This document shows, one piece after another, positions 48,182-59,650 of a stretch of DNA of 64,000 bases; within the stretch, counting starts at the first letter, position 1, and every line of letters begins with the position of its first letter. The translations under genes were made by a program, and so were the position numbers. The notes under the pieces were generated by a model. It had not been told where the DNA came from, did no database searches, and was given only the letters and a program-made list of their open reading frames with translations. The DNA is taken from the NCBI GenBank assembly GCA_046563655.1, contig CM102283.1, positions 1,984,001-2,048,000 of the forward strand, read 5' to 3'. This DNA is from Yuukianura sp. NJ FZ-2021. Its lineage: Eukaryota.

Positions 48182-51100
48182 TAAAATGTAAAATTTTGAA
48201 CATTCAAAATTTTGAAAATTTGAGACTACCTGTGCTATTATTAGTGAAGTTCCCTTTGTAACTTTCCATTCCCAAATTGAATTGAAATAAATTATGAGAT
48301 AAATTTTGAGAAAACCCTTCCAGGTTTCAAAATCGCTTCACTCGGAACAACTTTGGTTACGTTTGGCATGATTTTGGTGGGAAATGGCGGAAGTCAGATA
48401 GTACCAAAATTTCTGGCGGGCATTTTGGAATTTCCAAATTTGGAAAGAGAGGAAGAAGAGGCCTCCCGTCGTGGCAGGAATTAATTAAAAGGGAACCTGA
48501 ACCCTTAAGGTAACTTCTCCAGTTTCCTGCACCAATTAACCAGCAACTTCAACACTCTTCTTTCATTTCTCCTTGAAAGTACTTAGTCCCGGGGCAAGTT
48601 GATTCAAGCCAAGGCGCCTAACTTCAAAATTGGCTTCTCCTAAACTTCAGCCTCTTCCGTTACAGTTTTGGTTTGTGCAAAAAGTTTCCATGTTGTACTG
48701 AATTTTGAAAAAATTTGAAAGTTTCCTCTAAAATCTAAACTTCTAGTCAAAATATTTGTTCACTCCAGAAACATTTTGCATTTTTTGAAAAATAATAAGG
48801 AATCTGGAAATAAATTTTGTTGAAACGAGTCTATTTTAATTGACAACAACGACAATTCAAAACCTCAGAACATTTATTTCATTTGGCTTTTTTTTTAAAA
48901 TTGGAAACAGAAAAGGCGCGAGAATTTGAACTTTTTGTGAAATATCTATGAATTTGAAGTGGATGTCTCATTCCATAGAGCCTGGTCATAATTCACATTT
49001 GGAGTTTTGAGTCAAAACAGAAATGGTTTTCCATTTTTTAAATAAATGTTGGCTTTTTGAGTTACACTTTATTCCAACACACGGTCGATGTAATGCGGGA
49101 GTTATGCGAGCGGGAAAATTCAAATTTTTTGAAAAATGGAAATGAAACTACCATTCCATTTCTCTGGTTTCAAAAATACTTTCTAAAAATAAAATACCAC
49201 ATATGAGCTCCAAAAATACTCAAAATGCTTGTCATCTTCTTCCTTCCATATTGTTACGATTATGATAAATGGGGACAAAGGATTCCCGGCTTTTTCAAAA
49301 TTTTTTAAGAAAAAACCAAATTCGAAAAAAAAACTAAAAACGGAGCCTAACATACCATCATAAACAAAAATAGATAAACTTTTATTTTTTTAGTGTCAAA
49401 ATCCAAATCTAAAAACAAAAAAAACGTGCGAGGAACTGTGAGAGGCGAAATTTTCTCGCGTTTTCTGAAAATGTCAAATGATTGACGAGTTTAGGGAAAA
49501 CTCCAACAACGAAAGTTTTGCAGATAACTTATCCGTTTTTTTTAAAGTAGTGGAAGCTATACAGCTTAAAGAAATTCTCAAAAAAAAAATACTCGCCAAA
49601 AGAAAGGCCAAAAAAATTCTCAGATAATTTTCCGGGGTTTTATGAAAATTTGAAGAGATTGACGAAGTTTAGCCAAAAATGACTCAAAGTAGCATCGTTT
49701 TTTGTAAGTTTCGTGTCACTCCAAAAAGAAGAAGATGACGTTGATGGAGTGTAACACTACGATTGGGATTGAAATGATGGATGAAGTGTCGCTGTGTAAA
49801 GCTAGTCTGGTGAACAAGTTCGTTCTTGTGCAAAATGGTTAGGCTATTCTAGAAGCAATTGAGCCTCATCTGTCTCAGATGGTAGCAACATTGTTATTGC
49901 GTGTTTCAAAGGAACAGGAAGCTTCCAAGATTCCTAGCCTTAATGAAAATGATGATAGACATTTGAGTCTGGAATGGAACGTATACGCACGCAATTTCTA
50001 TTCAACTTCATCTAACACTTTATAATCTAACTTTCTATTCCGAAAGAGTCTTCCTGAAAGGTTTGCTTTCTCTCCGGAGGAAATGTGATACATCGACTGA
50101 TTTGAGGGCGGTGGTTGACCTAGGTTGACCTCAATTTGTCCTGTAGATGTGGTTGGTTCCAGTGGCCTAACGAGCTGAGATGAAAAGAACTTTCACCTAA
50201 TGATCAATTTTCATATTTTGTGCACAATGGAAAGGAGGAGGTCACGTTGCGGTTGAAGTAAGCAGGTCGACTCCAAATTGTACTCATCTTACACAAAACT
50301 ACGAAAAATGGATCGATTCCCACCGACTATAGCTCTCAGCCTTTTAACTTTTACTGTGAAGTCAAATTTTAGCAACGCAAACTTCAAATTGCTCACAATT
50401 TTTTCAAATTTCAAAATCCCAAAATTGAAAAAAAAATTTAAGAATTATGTTTTAAATGGTATAATATCATACGTTAATTCTTATTTACGTCAACCATAAA
50501 AAAATTGATTTTTTTTAAAATGGATTCAAAATTTCCAAGGTTTCTTAAAAATTTTTAGTGCGACTAATTTTTGTAAATTTTGAAAACTTGAGTTTTGATG
50601 CTGTTGGTGTTACTTTTTTGAAAAAGTTTTTTTTGAGGTTTTATTTCTTATGTTTCCAGGCTTTTGAATGTTCGTTCTCGGTTTGATTTGAACAAAATCG
50701 TGGATCACTTCGAAATTGAGATTTGAGAGGAAAGTGGATAAAATTTTCTACAACGAAAACTTTTTTTTTGAGTGAAAAAGATAAATTTTGAACAAAAAGT
50801 AACTAACTATTCCCTTTCTTTCTCTTTTTTGAAACTTTTCCACTACTCTTCGTTTTCACTTCAGACGAAAGTCAAAAACTTTTCCACTTCTCATTTTTTT
50901 TTCATTTTGCAATATCAGTAAAAGACGAAGAAAGTTGAAGGATATTGAATTTCAATTGAACTTTTGACCTGAGCACACAACACACCTTCCCAAATTTTTT
51001 TTTCAACTTCATCAGTTTCTAAAAAACGCCCAAGAAAAAATTGATTGCAACTTCATGAATGAAGAAAAAGAGACAAAGGAGCTTTATGTTTGTCGTTTTT

Positions 51101-52428
51101 TAAAACAAAATGTGCGTAACATGTTCTCTTTAAAAATTTCAAATTTTACGGTTTTTGGTTTTTGGAATGTCGTATTTCCAGTAAGTGGAAGTCACCGAAG
51201 CCGAAGACTTTTAAGCGCAGGATCATTAAGTTTATCATTGGAAAGAAGCAGGGGATGCACTTGAAACGGCCATTTTGAAATTTTGAAATGTCCCGCTCCG
51301 TCACAACTTAATTTAAAAGAACCCCATTACTATCCGCCATTACCATCAAAACCAGAGTTCATCTCAATCCCACTCTTCTGGAAAATCTAATTTCGTTTTA
51401 CGATTTTTATGACAGATTTTCAACTTTGTTTTTTCTTGGAAATTTTAACTTATTTTTGGTAAATCGGTCGAGTCTAATCGCTATTTCATTCTTGGAACAA
51501 AGTAAATGTTAAAAATAGACTGGAAAATTTCAATTCCTTTTCTTTCCATGTACTCATAGTCTGACTTTGCTTGGTTTGAAGTGGACATTTGCAATGCTTG
51601 TTTAGAAATTTATTGTTTATGAAAGTCGTAAATTTTGAGACAAATGTCAATTAACTTCTAAATGTCATTTACATTAGTCACACGCTTCACCCTGTTCCAA
51701 CTTTTTGACTGTTAAGGTGACGCGAAATAAGACACGTAGCACTTGGTAATATTCTTTAAAATGGAACAAGGTTCACCAGTTCAAACTCAACTTGTAATAC
51801 CCATCCAGTGCCTGTTTTTTTTTTTTCAAAAATTTACAACTTCACGCAAAACTTTTGTGCGATTTTTTTTCAGTTTGTGAAGCAATTTGAATCAGGTTAT
51901 TTATTTTTCTGCAAAAATGAGTTTTGTCCCATTCGTCCCCTTTTCCCAACTTTTTCTCGTTTTCGTTTCTTATTTTTTTTTGAAAATGAGAACTTTTTTC
52001 TAAATATAAATCTCTTGCTCTAAATTCTTTCTCCAACCATGTACCACTGATACCAACACAATGAAAAGCTAATAGCCCATTTTTATCATAATATAGATAA
52101 AAATTATAAAAATAAATTGTTAAGTAAAATAACCGCTATGAGTACTGTTACCCAGGGTTTGGCAAACCCTATAAAACAATTGGATGGTCAGTTGACGCTG
52201 GGACTGCAATGCAGTTTCTGTTGAACTAACTTGACACCTATTTAACATCACTCGGATTCAATTTCGCATTGATCAATTAGATATCTACGCAGTTCACTTA
52301 CTCGTTGGAATCAGTGGAACATAGTTATTCCAGAAGTTGGCGTTTAAAATTTGAAATTTTCATAACCTAAATTTAAAACAAACTAAAAGATTATTAGTAA
52401 GACTGTTATTAATATTCCAGTTGTAACA

Positions 52429-53798
52429 ATGGGCGATGACCTACCGTCTGACGTGTTCAACAAAAAGAAGCGCGTTTTAGAAAATTATTCAAAAGATGCA
52501 GAGGATGAATCGGAGTAAGTCAAAAACCAAGTTCAAAATTCGGATTCGTTAAAATAACTTTTTGAATTTTTGAATTTTGAAAAGTAGAGCGCCAGTAAGT
52601 TCGAGGAAGATGCTGGCAATATTTCAGGAAAAGTTTCTCAAGACCCTGAAATGCGTCAATTGCAAATCCATTTTTCGGACTCCAATTGCAACTTGCAAAA
52701 GTGGCCACAGTTTGTGTCTGTCCTGCACTTTTTTGAGTGAGAAATGTCCCACTTGCGCCTCAGAAATTGCCAGTTTCAAAAACAATTCTTTGGAAACACA
52801 ACTCGGAATTTTGGACGTAGACTGTGAGAATAAATTTTGCAACAAGAAAACAAAAGCGATCAGGTTGTATGAGCATTTGGAAAAATGCGAGGGCAGGTAA
52901 ATTCAAAATTTCGGAATCAGAATTTACAAAATTTTTGTACTTTACGTTTCTCTTCACTTTAGGCCAATCTTCTGCCAGCTTCAATTGTCTTCGAATTCAG
53001 AAGTTGTCGGTGGTGAAACGATTACTTTATGTGCAGCGACAGTTCCGTTCACAGATTACGTACAACATTTAGTAGAGGTGCACAAGGGGGTGCACCTTGA
53101 TTATCGACTCATCTCTGGCATAAATCCTTCACATGTCGTGTTGAGCTTCTCTGCCGCCAGCGTAGAGCTGGTCAACTGCGGTAACTCAGATGGTAATGTC
53201 GTATCATTATTTATATAAAATATAACTATATTATTACATATTACATTTTATTTCATTTAAGAAGGCAAAGAAACTATTCCTATCGTCATTTCCGCCTACA
53301 ACAAAACATTCCTGGTGCGTTCGAAGCTTTATCGAAAACGTTTTTACGTATGGGTGTCTGGCTTGTGTACCGAAGACGATGCTGTCAAGTATGCTGCACA
53401 TATGGGTATTCTGCGCCATGGGCATGCTAACGTAAGCACACTTTTCGTAAAGGAAATGTTTAAAATAAGTTTCGAAATTGAAATTCAAATTTTGAAGTTA
53501 TTAATTTTTACTGGTTTTTTTTCAGAATTGCAGCTGTGGCAACTGCAGCGATGCAGAATTTGACGTGCGTGTGCGCAGCTACCACCTCCACAAATTTGAT
53601 CCTCTGACGTCACAAAGGACTGGACGTCTGAAAGAAGTTTCAGCTCTACCAATTGAATGTATCCGCAAATCAGCGACGTGGAAAGATGGACAATGGGCTT
53701 GGTATTTGACATGTACGCTTGACAAAGACACGCCATCGAATCCTCCGCCTGTCAGCAATGGAAGTTCAACACGAGTACAGGAACCTCCAAAGGAATAA
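52429..53798 (+). CDS. Seven-in-absentia (Sina/SIAH)-like RING E3 ubiquitin ligase, divergent (~355 aa)
   Basis: Exons 52429-52514, 52588-52896, 52963-53192, 53262-53431 and 53526-53798. C3HC4 RING CVNC...PIATCKSGHSLCLSC...CPTC followed by NNSLE. SIAH-type zinc fingers CENKFC...HLEKC and C...C...HLVEVH. C-terminal TRAF-like region. Confidence 0.85.
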
Positions 53799-54769
53799 GG
53801 TTAAGGTCAACTTTTTAAACAACACTAAAACACCAAGCGAAAAAACAAAAGTAAGCCCTAACTCAAAAACTTTGTTTCAAGTTCAAGCACTCTAGCACTA
53901 CTCCAGTACTCTATTTGAGAATTTACGGTATTTTACAACTCATGTTATACAATTTACTAAAGTTCAAGGCTTTTTCGCGCGAGCTAAACCAGCAGAAAAT
54001 TCAGCAACTTTGGCGAAAAATGGGGAAAAGTTAGTTTTTTTTCTGTTTTTGATAAATTCGATTTGGGTTTGGCGCTTTGGGGAATTGAGCGTAGCGGAAT
54101 GGGTTGTTTCTATTTACTTTTGAAGTGGTACTTTTGTCAACTTATTTTGTCCTTTTCTGGAAAAGTTTCAAATTGGAACAAAACTTCAAAGTTTCAATTA
54201 ACAACGTTGTAAATTTAGGAAACATTAGAGTTGTACAACTGTTGAAATAAAGTTTATTCAACCAAAGTTGTCTCAACTGCTGCTTCTATTCCTAGTGGCT
54301 TTCTCTTCTGCGTTTCCTTTTCATCAAAAACTTTGAGTTGAGTCCAACTTCATTTCTTGTGTAATTTAATTTTATATGCTCAACTTTTCTAGAATGGATT
54401 TCAATTTCTGAAGGAATAACTTTTAGCAACGAGGGATTACCCCACAAAGAATGAGGGGATTAACCCGTTTTCTTTCAAAAACGTCAAACTAACCTAGAAA
54501 AACTAAATTGAAAATCGCGGCTTGCTTTCTAATTGTGTAAAAACAGAACACAAATGAAACACTTTACGTCTATAAGGCACAAACCAATGAGAACGGAGAG
54601 CCCAACGCCGTGCTGGTACAAAAGAAAACCCAAGAACAGAACAAATTTTTTTTCGTACTAATTCGCAGCAGACGCTCCGCTCCCTCTCTTCACAGGAGAG
54701 AGGCAACTAGTTGTAAACAAAGCCACCAGCAGATAGCAGTCTCAAACGTCTCTCATATACTCCGAAATA

Positions 54770-55240
54770 CAGTTTTGCACCCGAGGGCTAAAAGTCGGAC
54801 GCGCACGAGGGAACATTTCCATCCGGTCAAGTTTTTGAACTTAAAATATACAGTCATATTCTGTAGGCCAAAAGAAATTTTTTTGCCGTAGGTTCGGTTG
54901 CCAACGCCAGAAAAAAGTACCCCGACCGTGACCTAAACCCATGACCCCACTCCAGAAAAAAGGGCAAAATTTTTTTGTCGAATTATTCCACAGAAAACGT
55001 CCAGACTGTACCTAACACGTTTTGTATTGAAGAATTCGACGTTAATTTTTTTCTCATTCCTATGGAGCGGGGCCACGGGTACGAGCCCAAGTCGGGGAAT
55101 TCTCTTGACATTGGCAACCGAAATTAGTGCGGAAAATTTTCTTTTGACATACACAATATAGCTGTATTTTTTAAATTCTAAAAATTGACGACCGGTTGGG
55201 AATGTTCCCTAGTCAGAATACTTCCGACCGGGACACACTG
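54770..55240. mobile_element. Decayed foldback/MITE element with ~150-bp imperfect inverted arms (Tc1/mariner-like CAGT ends)
   Basis: Left arm ...GGGAACATTTCCATCCGGTC...ATATACAGTCATATTCTGTAGGCCAAAAGAAAT...TTCGGTTGCCAA mirrors right arm TTGGCAACCGAA...TTTCTTTTGACATACACAATATAGCTGTAT...GACCGGTTGGGAATGTTCCC...CACTG. Confidence 0.7.
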
Positions 55241-55974
55241 TTTGCATGGAAAAACCCGCAAACCCCGGATTCCTTTGAAACAAATTGTCTCCACAGACTT
55301 CCTCGGATTCTTTACAACAACAAAACGTTAGGTTAGGTTAGGTTAGGAACCGGATTCTTTTGGAACAAATAGTCGGACTCCTTCATGTAAAACATTTATT
55401 TTTCTAGTTTTACATTATATTCTTACAACAATTTCTAAGTTAGTTCTTGTTCAGCCTATAAGCCGATGTGTCTAAAACCAGTTTATATTGAATCAACTCA
55501 CAAGGAATGCTCATTTGAGTTGTCTTTTACATCAGTACAACAATATGCCCGTCATTGTTCATGACGTCGCCCACGACTCTCCTACTGAACACTAAAATCG
55601 CTCAATACACTAGATACGGTTGGCGCAAAAATGAGTGCATGGCGGTGTTCTCATATTTCAGCGCAGTTCTAATGACACAGATGACAATTAAACATTATCG
55701 TATTATTTTGCCGACGCTACCTTGCTATGCAGCAATTCTGAAATTTCGACTACAACACAGGAACCGATATTTTGGTACTTTAAACTAAATCTACGCTGAT
55801 TTATCCTCGCCTCGTATTGAAAAAACGAAACATAGAGTTGAATTTTGCAAACGACGTTTTGTCGTTTCATCGAAAAGAAGGCTAATGCCGCAACCTAATG
55901 TGAAGTTATTTCCAACGAGACACGTTTGTTGAGCCGTGAAGGCTACATGAACGAGCTGGGTGATTCAGAGATTC

Positions 55975-56641
55975 TTCATAGGACTTGGTATTGAGACTTC
56001 TTGAGTGTATGCCTTTCATTGAGTTGCTCAACACATGCGTTGCGTTCCTTAATATCTGTAACAAAAAAATGCAGATGTGTTTGTATAGTGTAACGGCATT
56101 TGGAGCTCACGAATTTTGCTATTATCACAATTTTTTGAATAATCTTCACCATAGGACTTGGCATTGAGATTTCTTGAGTGTATGCCTTTTATTGAGTTGT
56201 TTTCTGAAGGCGCATCACTGCCGTTGCATTCCTTTGATGAGAATCATGGTTAGGATACCCTCCTTTCCTTGAATGTTGGAGAATAGTTACTACTGTAAAA
56301 TCATAGGGTTAGCTCTGTCGACTTTTACGCCCATAATGGAACTTGTACGGAATAGCTTCGTCTGATAAACAGCTGCTTGAGAAATAGTTGCACATATCAC
56401 GCATATCTATCAATTGAGTCTCCCAACCTTGAATTCCTTCCATCCATTTCAATTTCTGCTTTACGCGCAGCATACTTCCTGTAATTTGTTTGGAACAAAT
56501 TTGTCTGGAGCAGTTTGGGTGAAGTAATCAACACATGCGCTGCGTTCCTTAATATCTGTAACAAAAAAATGCAGATGTGATTGCATAGAGTAACGCCATT
56601 TGGAGCTCACGAATTTTGCTATTATCACAATTTTTGAATAT
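55975..56641. repeat. Local segmental duplications (~50 bp: 55977/56150; ~113 bp: 56028/56528)
   Basis: CATAGGACTTGG(T/C)ATTGAGA...TTGAGTTG occurs twice; TCAACACATGCG...TTATCACAATTTTT(T)GAATA occurs twice. Confidence 0.9.
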
Positions 56642-57589
56642 TTTTCACTTGCTACTGTTTTGTTTGGACCATGCGAATTGATTTCGAATTGCTTGCACGT
56701 CATTGTAGTGCAGGTAGCTGGTTCAGGTTACCGAAAATTAAAAAAAGAAAATCTAAAAAGGAGTGCTGGTACAACAAGTTTGGAAATTTTGTTTTAAACA
56801 ATCACGATTTTATCCGAGTAAAACTTGAAATCCCATCTTAGAGGAATACATACTACTTCGTAAGGGACAATGCTTTTCTGCAAGTGCGGGGGAACGGTTA
56901 GAAAACCAAGCTGCATTCAATAAACTTAGTGGACACAGTTGCTTAGCAAACTTCATGGAACAAGACATAACATTATCGAGTTGCTTCGAATTCATTTTCT
57001 GTTGTTTACAACCACTTTATTAAACATCCATCCAAACTCCGGCATGACTTGCCAGATAGAATGAATCAGCTTAGAAAATATGAATCGTGCACCTACAGCA
57101 GTTTGGCAGGGGTATTCAACAAACTCAACATACACAACATATCAACATCCAAAAATAATTCTCAACAATTCAAGTTTCTTTTTTACGTTTCTGAAGATAA
57201 GCTTACTATTTTTATCGCCTTCGCCTGAAATACTATGATCGTTCATTGTTTTTATTAGAGCAAAGTAAAAGTGCAATGTTATATAGAACAATGGTCTATT
57301 AGATCATATTATAATAAAACAAATATAAACCAAAAATTGCATCGGCAATGACCTACTGCGTGTAACACCGATTGGTAGCTCCAAGAACCGCTTATCGCTG
57401 TTCAATCTATAACATAAACGTTGTACCGTGTTTTCTGTAATCAATGAATCCGGCAATTGTACTAGTACTATACAATTCAATTGCATTTAAGACATGCTTG
57501 ATTTAATATGTTCAATGTGTCTTTCCGAAATGAAATCACCCACGTTAATTCCATTTTCCGAAATCGCCCTAATGGTGAACTGCCAATTC

Positions 57590-58720
57590 ATTCATAGCGA
57601 CCTCTCTGCCCGCGCGAAATGCTACACCTGCAAATCTGAACCTGGGAGACGTCGTCTAGGGCTAGGGCCGCATCTGACGAAATTCCGTCGCGGTCGACGT
57701 GCTGCAGGCGTCTTGTCACTGCGACAAGGCGCACAAACTTGAAAGCGCCGACAAAAACATCAGCACATTCGGCAAACTCCATTTCCCTTACCACTAAGTA
57801 TAGCTCATAGTATTTAGCGATTTCAACTCATCTTTAGAATAGATCTTTTTCTCAACTAACCCGTAATCCAGTTCCGCCTTAAACGTTACATTAGAAACTT
57901 GCCCAATGGTATCAGGCGTGGGTAAAACACCTCCGGAAGTAACCGCAAACCAGGTTTTTCCGATTTTGAATTTTGAAGGCATAATTGCCGACTTAGCCGA
58001 CGAGCGCATCGTCTACGTATAGGCAAAAGTAGACCGTTTTGTCTTGAATTCTCCGGGGAAGACACATGGATGGTTCTGTGGAGTGAAGACCCAGAATGCT
58101 GAGAAACCCTGAAACCGTTTGGCTCCAACAGGCTCCAACATACTGGAGAGGCTCTGCAGCAAGTGACAGACATGACTGGAAGGTAGTCGCAGGAAGCCCT
58201 TGTGTTGCTGCATGTATTATCTCTGCCGAACTGTGTGTGCCACAGTTTGGAGTTGAGTTTGAGCATAGGAGAAATATAGCGGGGGCCATCTGCTGTATCA
58301 GCAGCTCCCATCAGCCTTGCAAGGCATCGTGACTCTGTTGTGGTCCCAGAATTAAATCGGGGGATAAAGCACAACTTCGTGTCGGAGTTGCTGCCGGCCT
58401 TCACATTCCCAGTGATCAGGATGATCTCCTTATTGTTTCGCTTGGCAAACATATCGTGCTCCTGAACCTTGCACCTGCTTCTCATCGTGCTGGTAGGTAT
58501 AGTCATCATCATCTTCATTTCGATGCTGCTAGACAATCTACTCATGGGAAAGTTTACTGTTATAAACAAAAAATCCTCAGTAAACGTACACGTAGCCGTA
58601 TTAGTTGATAGCATATGCTTCTCTGAAACTGCTGGAAGCCATCCTCTCTAAGAGCCGGATGCTGTGATGTTCAAGAACTTCTTTTCAACTGCCTTCAGAG
58701 TCAACACCGCCGTTCGAATT
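57590..58720 (-). pseudogene. Degenerate chuvirus-glycoprotein-like (class III fusogen) sequence: endogenous viral element or BEL/Pao env relic
   Basis: Collinear fragments across frameshifts and stops: KVQEHDMFAKRNNKEIILITG; SAIMPSKFKIGKTWFAVTSGGVLPTPDTIGQVSNVTFKAELDYGLVEKKIYSKDELKSL; EFAECADVFVGAFKFVRLV. These resemble remembered chuviral G segments; no search was run. Intronless and more GC-rich than its flanks. Confidence 0.55.
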
Positions 58721-59074
58721 CGGTTACTGCGACAGTCCGCCGCAGTACTTTCCAGGAATAGTAATTATAGAAATGTAGACCATATAAAAACTAATTGACT
58801 TGAATAATTCTGATCAATGTGATGTGTTACATGATCAAACTCAGTGTTTTTGCCAGACACTAAAAGAAACCACGCATGGGAGCGGCCACGGTCAGGTTCT
58901 CCTTGACGTGTGACCCGTTTTGTATTTTTTTTTAACATTTTGATTTACATGTTACTAAAAATGATTAAAGTTTAAATCAATTGTACGACTAAAAATGACC
59001 AAAGTTCAGCTCAATTCTACGCTCATCCGCGAACTACCAAATTTGTTATAAATGAAAAACGTCGAATAATCCAG

Positions 59075-59650
59075 TCAAATCATGCTCGTATCTTCAAATT
59101 GTTTGCGAATTTCGCGCATTACCCTGCCCATGTCTTGTTTGTTTCGGTTTTTAAGTTTTCTGAATCCAACGTACAAAAACAAGCACAGAGGAAGCACAGT
59201 TGTTACCGGTGTTACAATGATAACGACGAGGCGTGTATCGTCCGTAAGTTTCCTTTCCTCCATCTGCTTCGCCAAAGTTAGCAGCAAGTTGTAGTTTACC
59301 CTGTCATTCTTATCAGCATATTTCTGCATCTCCTCAGCGGCTTCGTCATCCTCCAGTAATGAGTTGATCAGCGCCATAGTTCCTCCGGACATGACTCCAA
59401 TCCCGGCAGTTTCCGCTCCTAAGACCGCTAGCGCCTTCAGTTTGCCAAGTTTAGTAGATTTCGTCATCGCGTCCTGCCCAACAATCGGTTTCTCCGGGAT
59501 AGTCCCCTTCAACACATCCTTTGCGTTTGCCTATTTTTGAGGTTTTTGTCCACGTCCTCCGCGGTGCCTTGGAAAGCCCTTTCCACCACCTAGCTTGAGG
59601 AGCGCTTCTGACAGGCACAATGTTAAAAGAATAACCACGGTTATTTTCAT
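59075..59650 (-). pseudogene. Intronless ~190-codon type I membrane protein ORF interrupted by one in-frame TAG
   Basis: MKITVVILLTLCLSEALLKLGGGKG...KPQK*ANAKDVLKG... The two track ORFs are in the same frame. Signal peptide, Gly/Ala hydrophobic stretch, helical region, TM (LVVIIVTPVTTVLPLCLFLYVGF) and basic tail. Confidence 0.55.

Noticed and set aside
49735-50025. About 95-codon plus-strand frame with one internal TAG
   Set aside because: No recognisable homology, splice signals or domain; could be chance.
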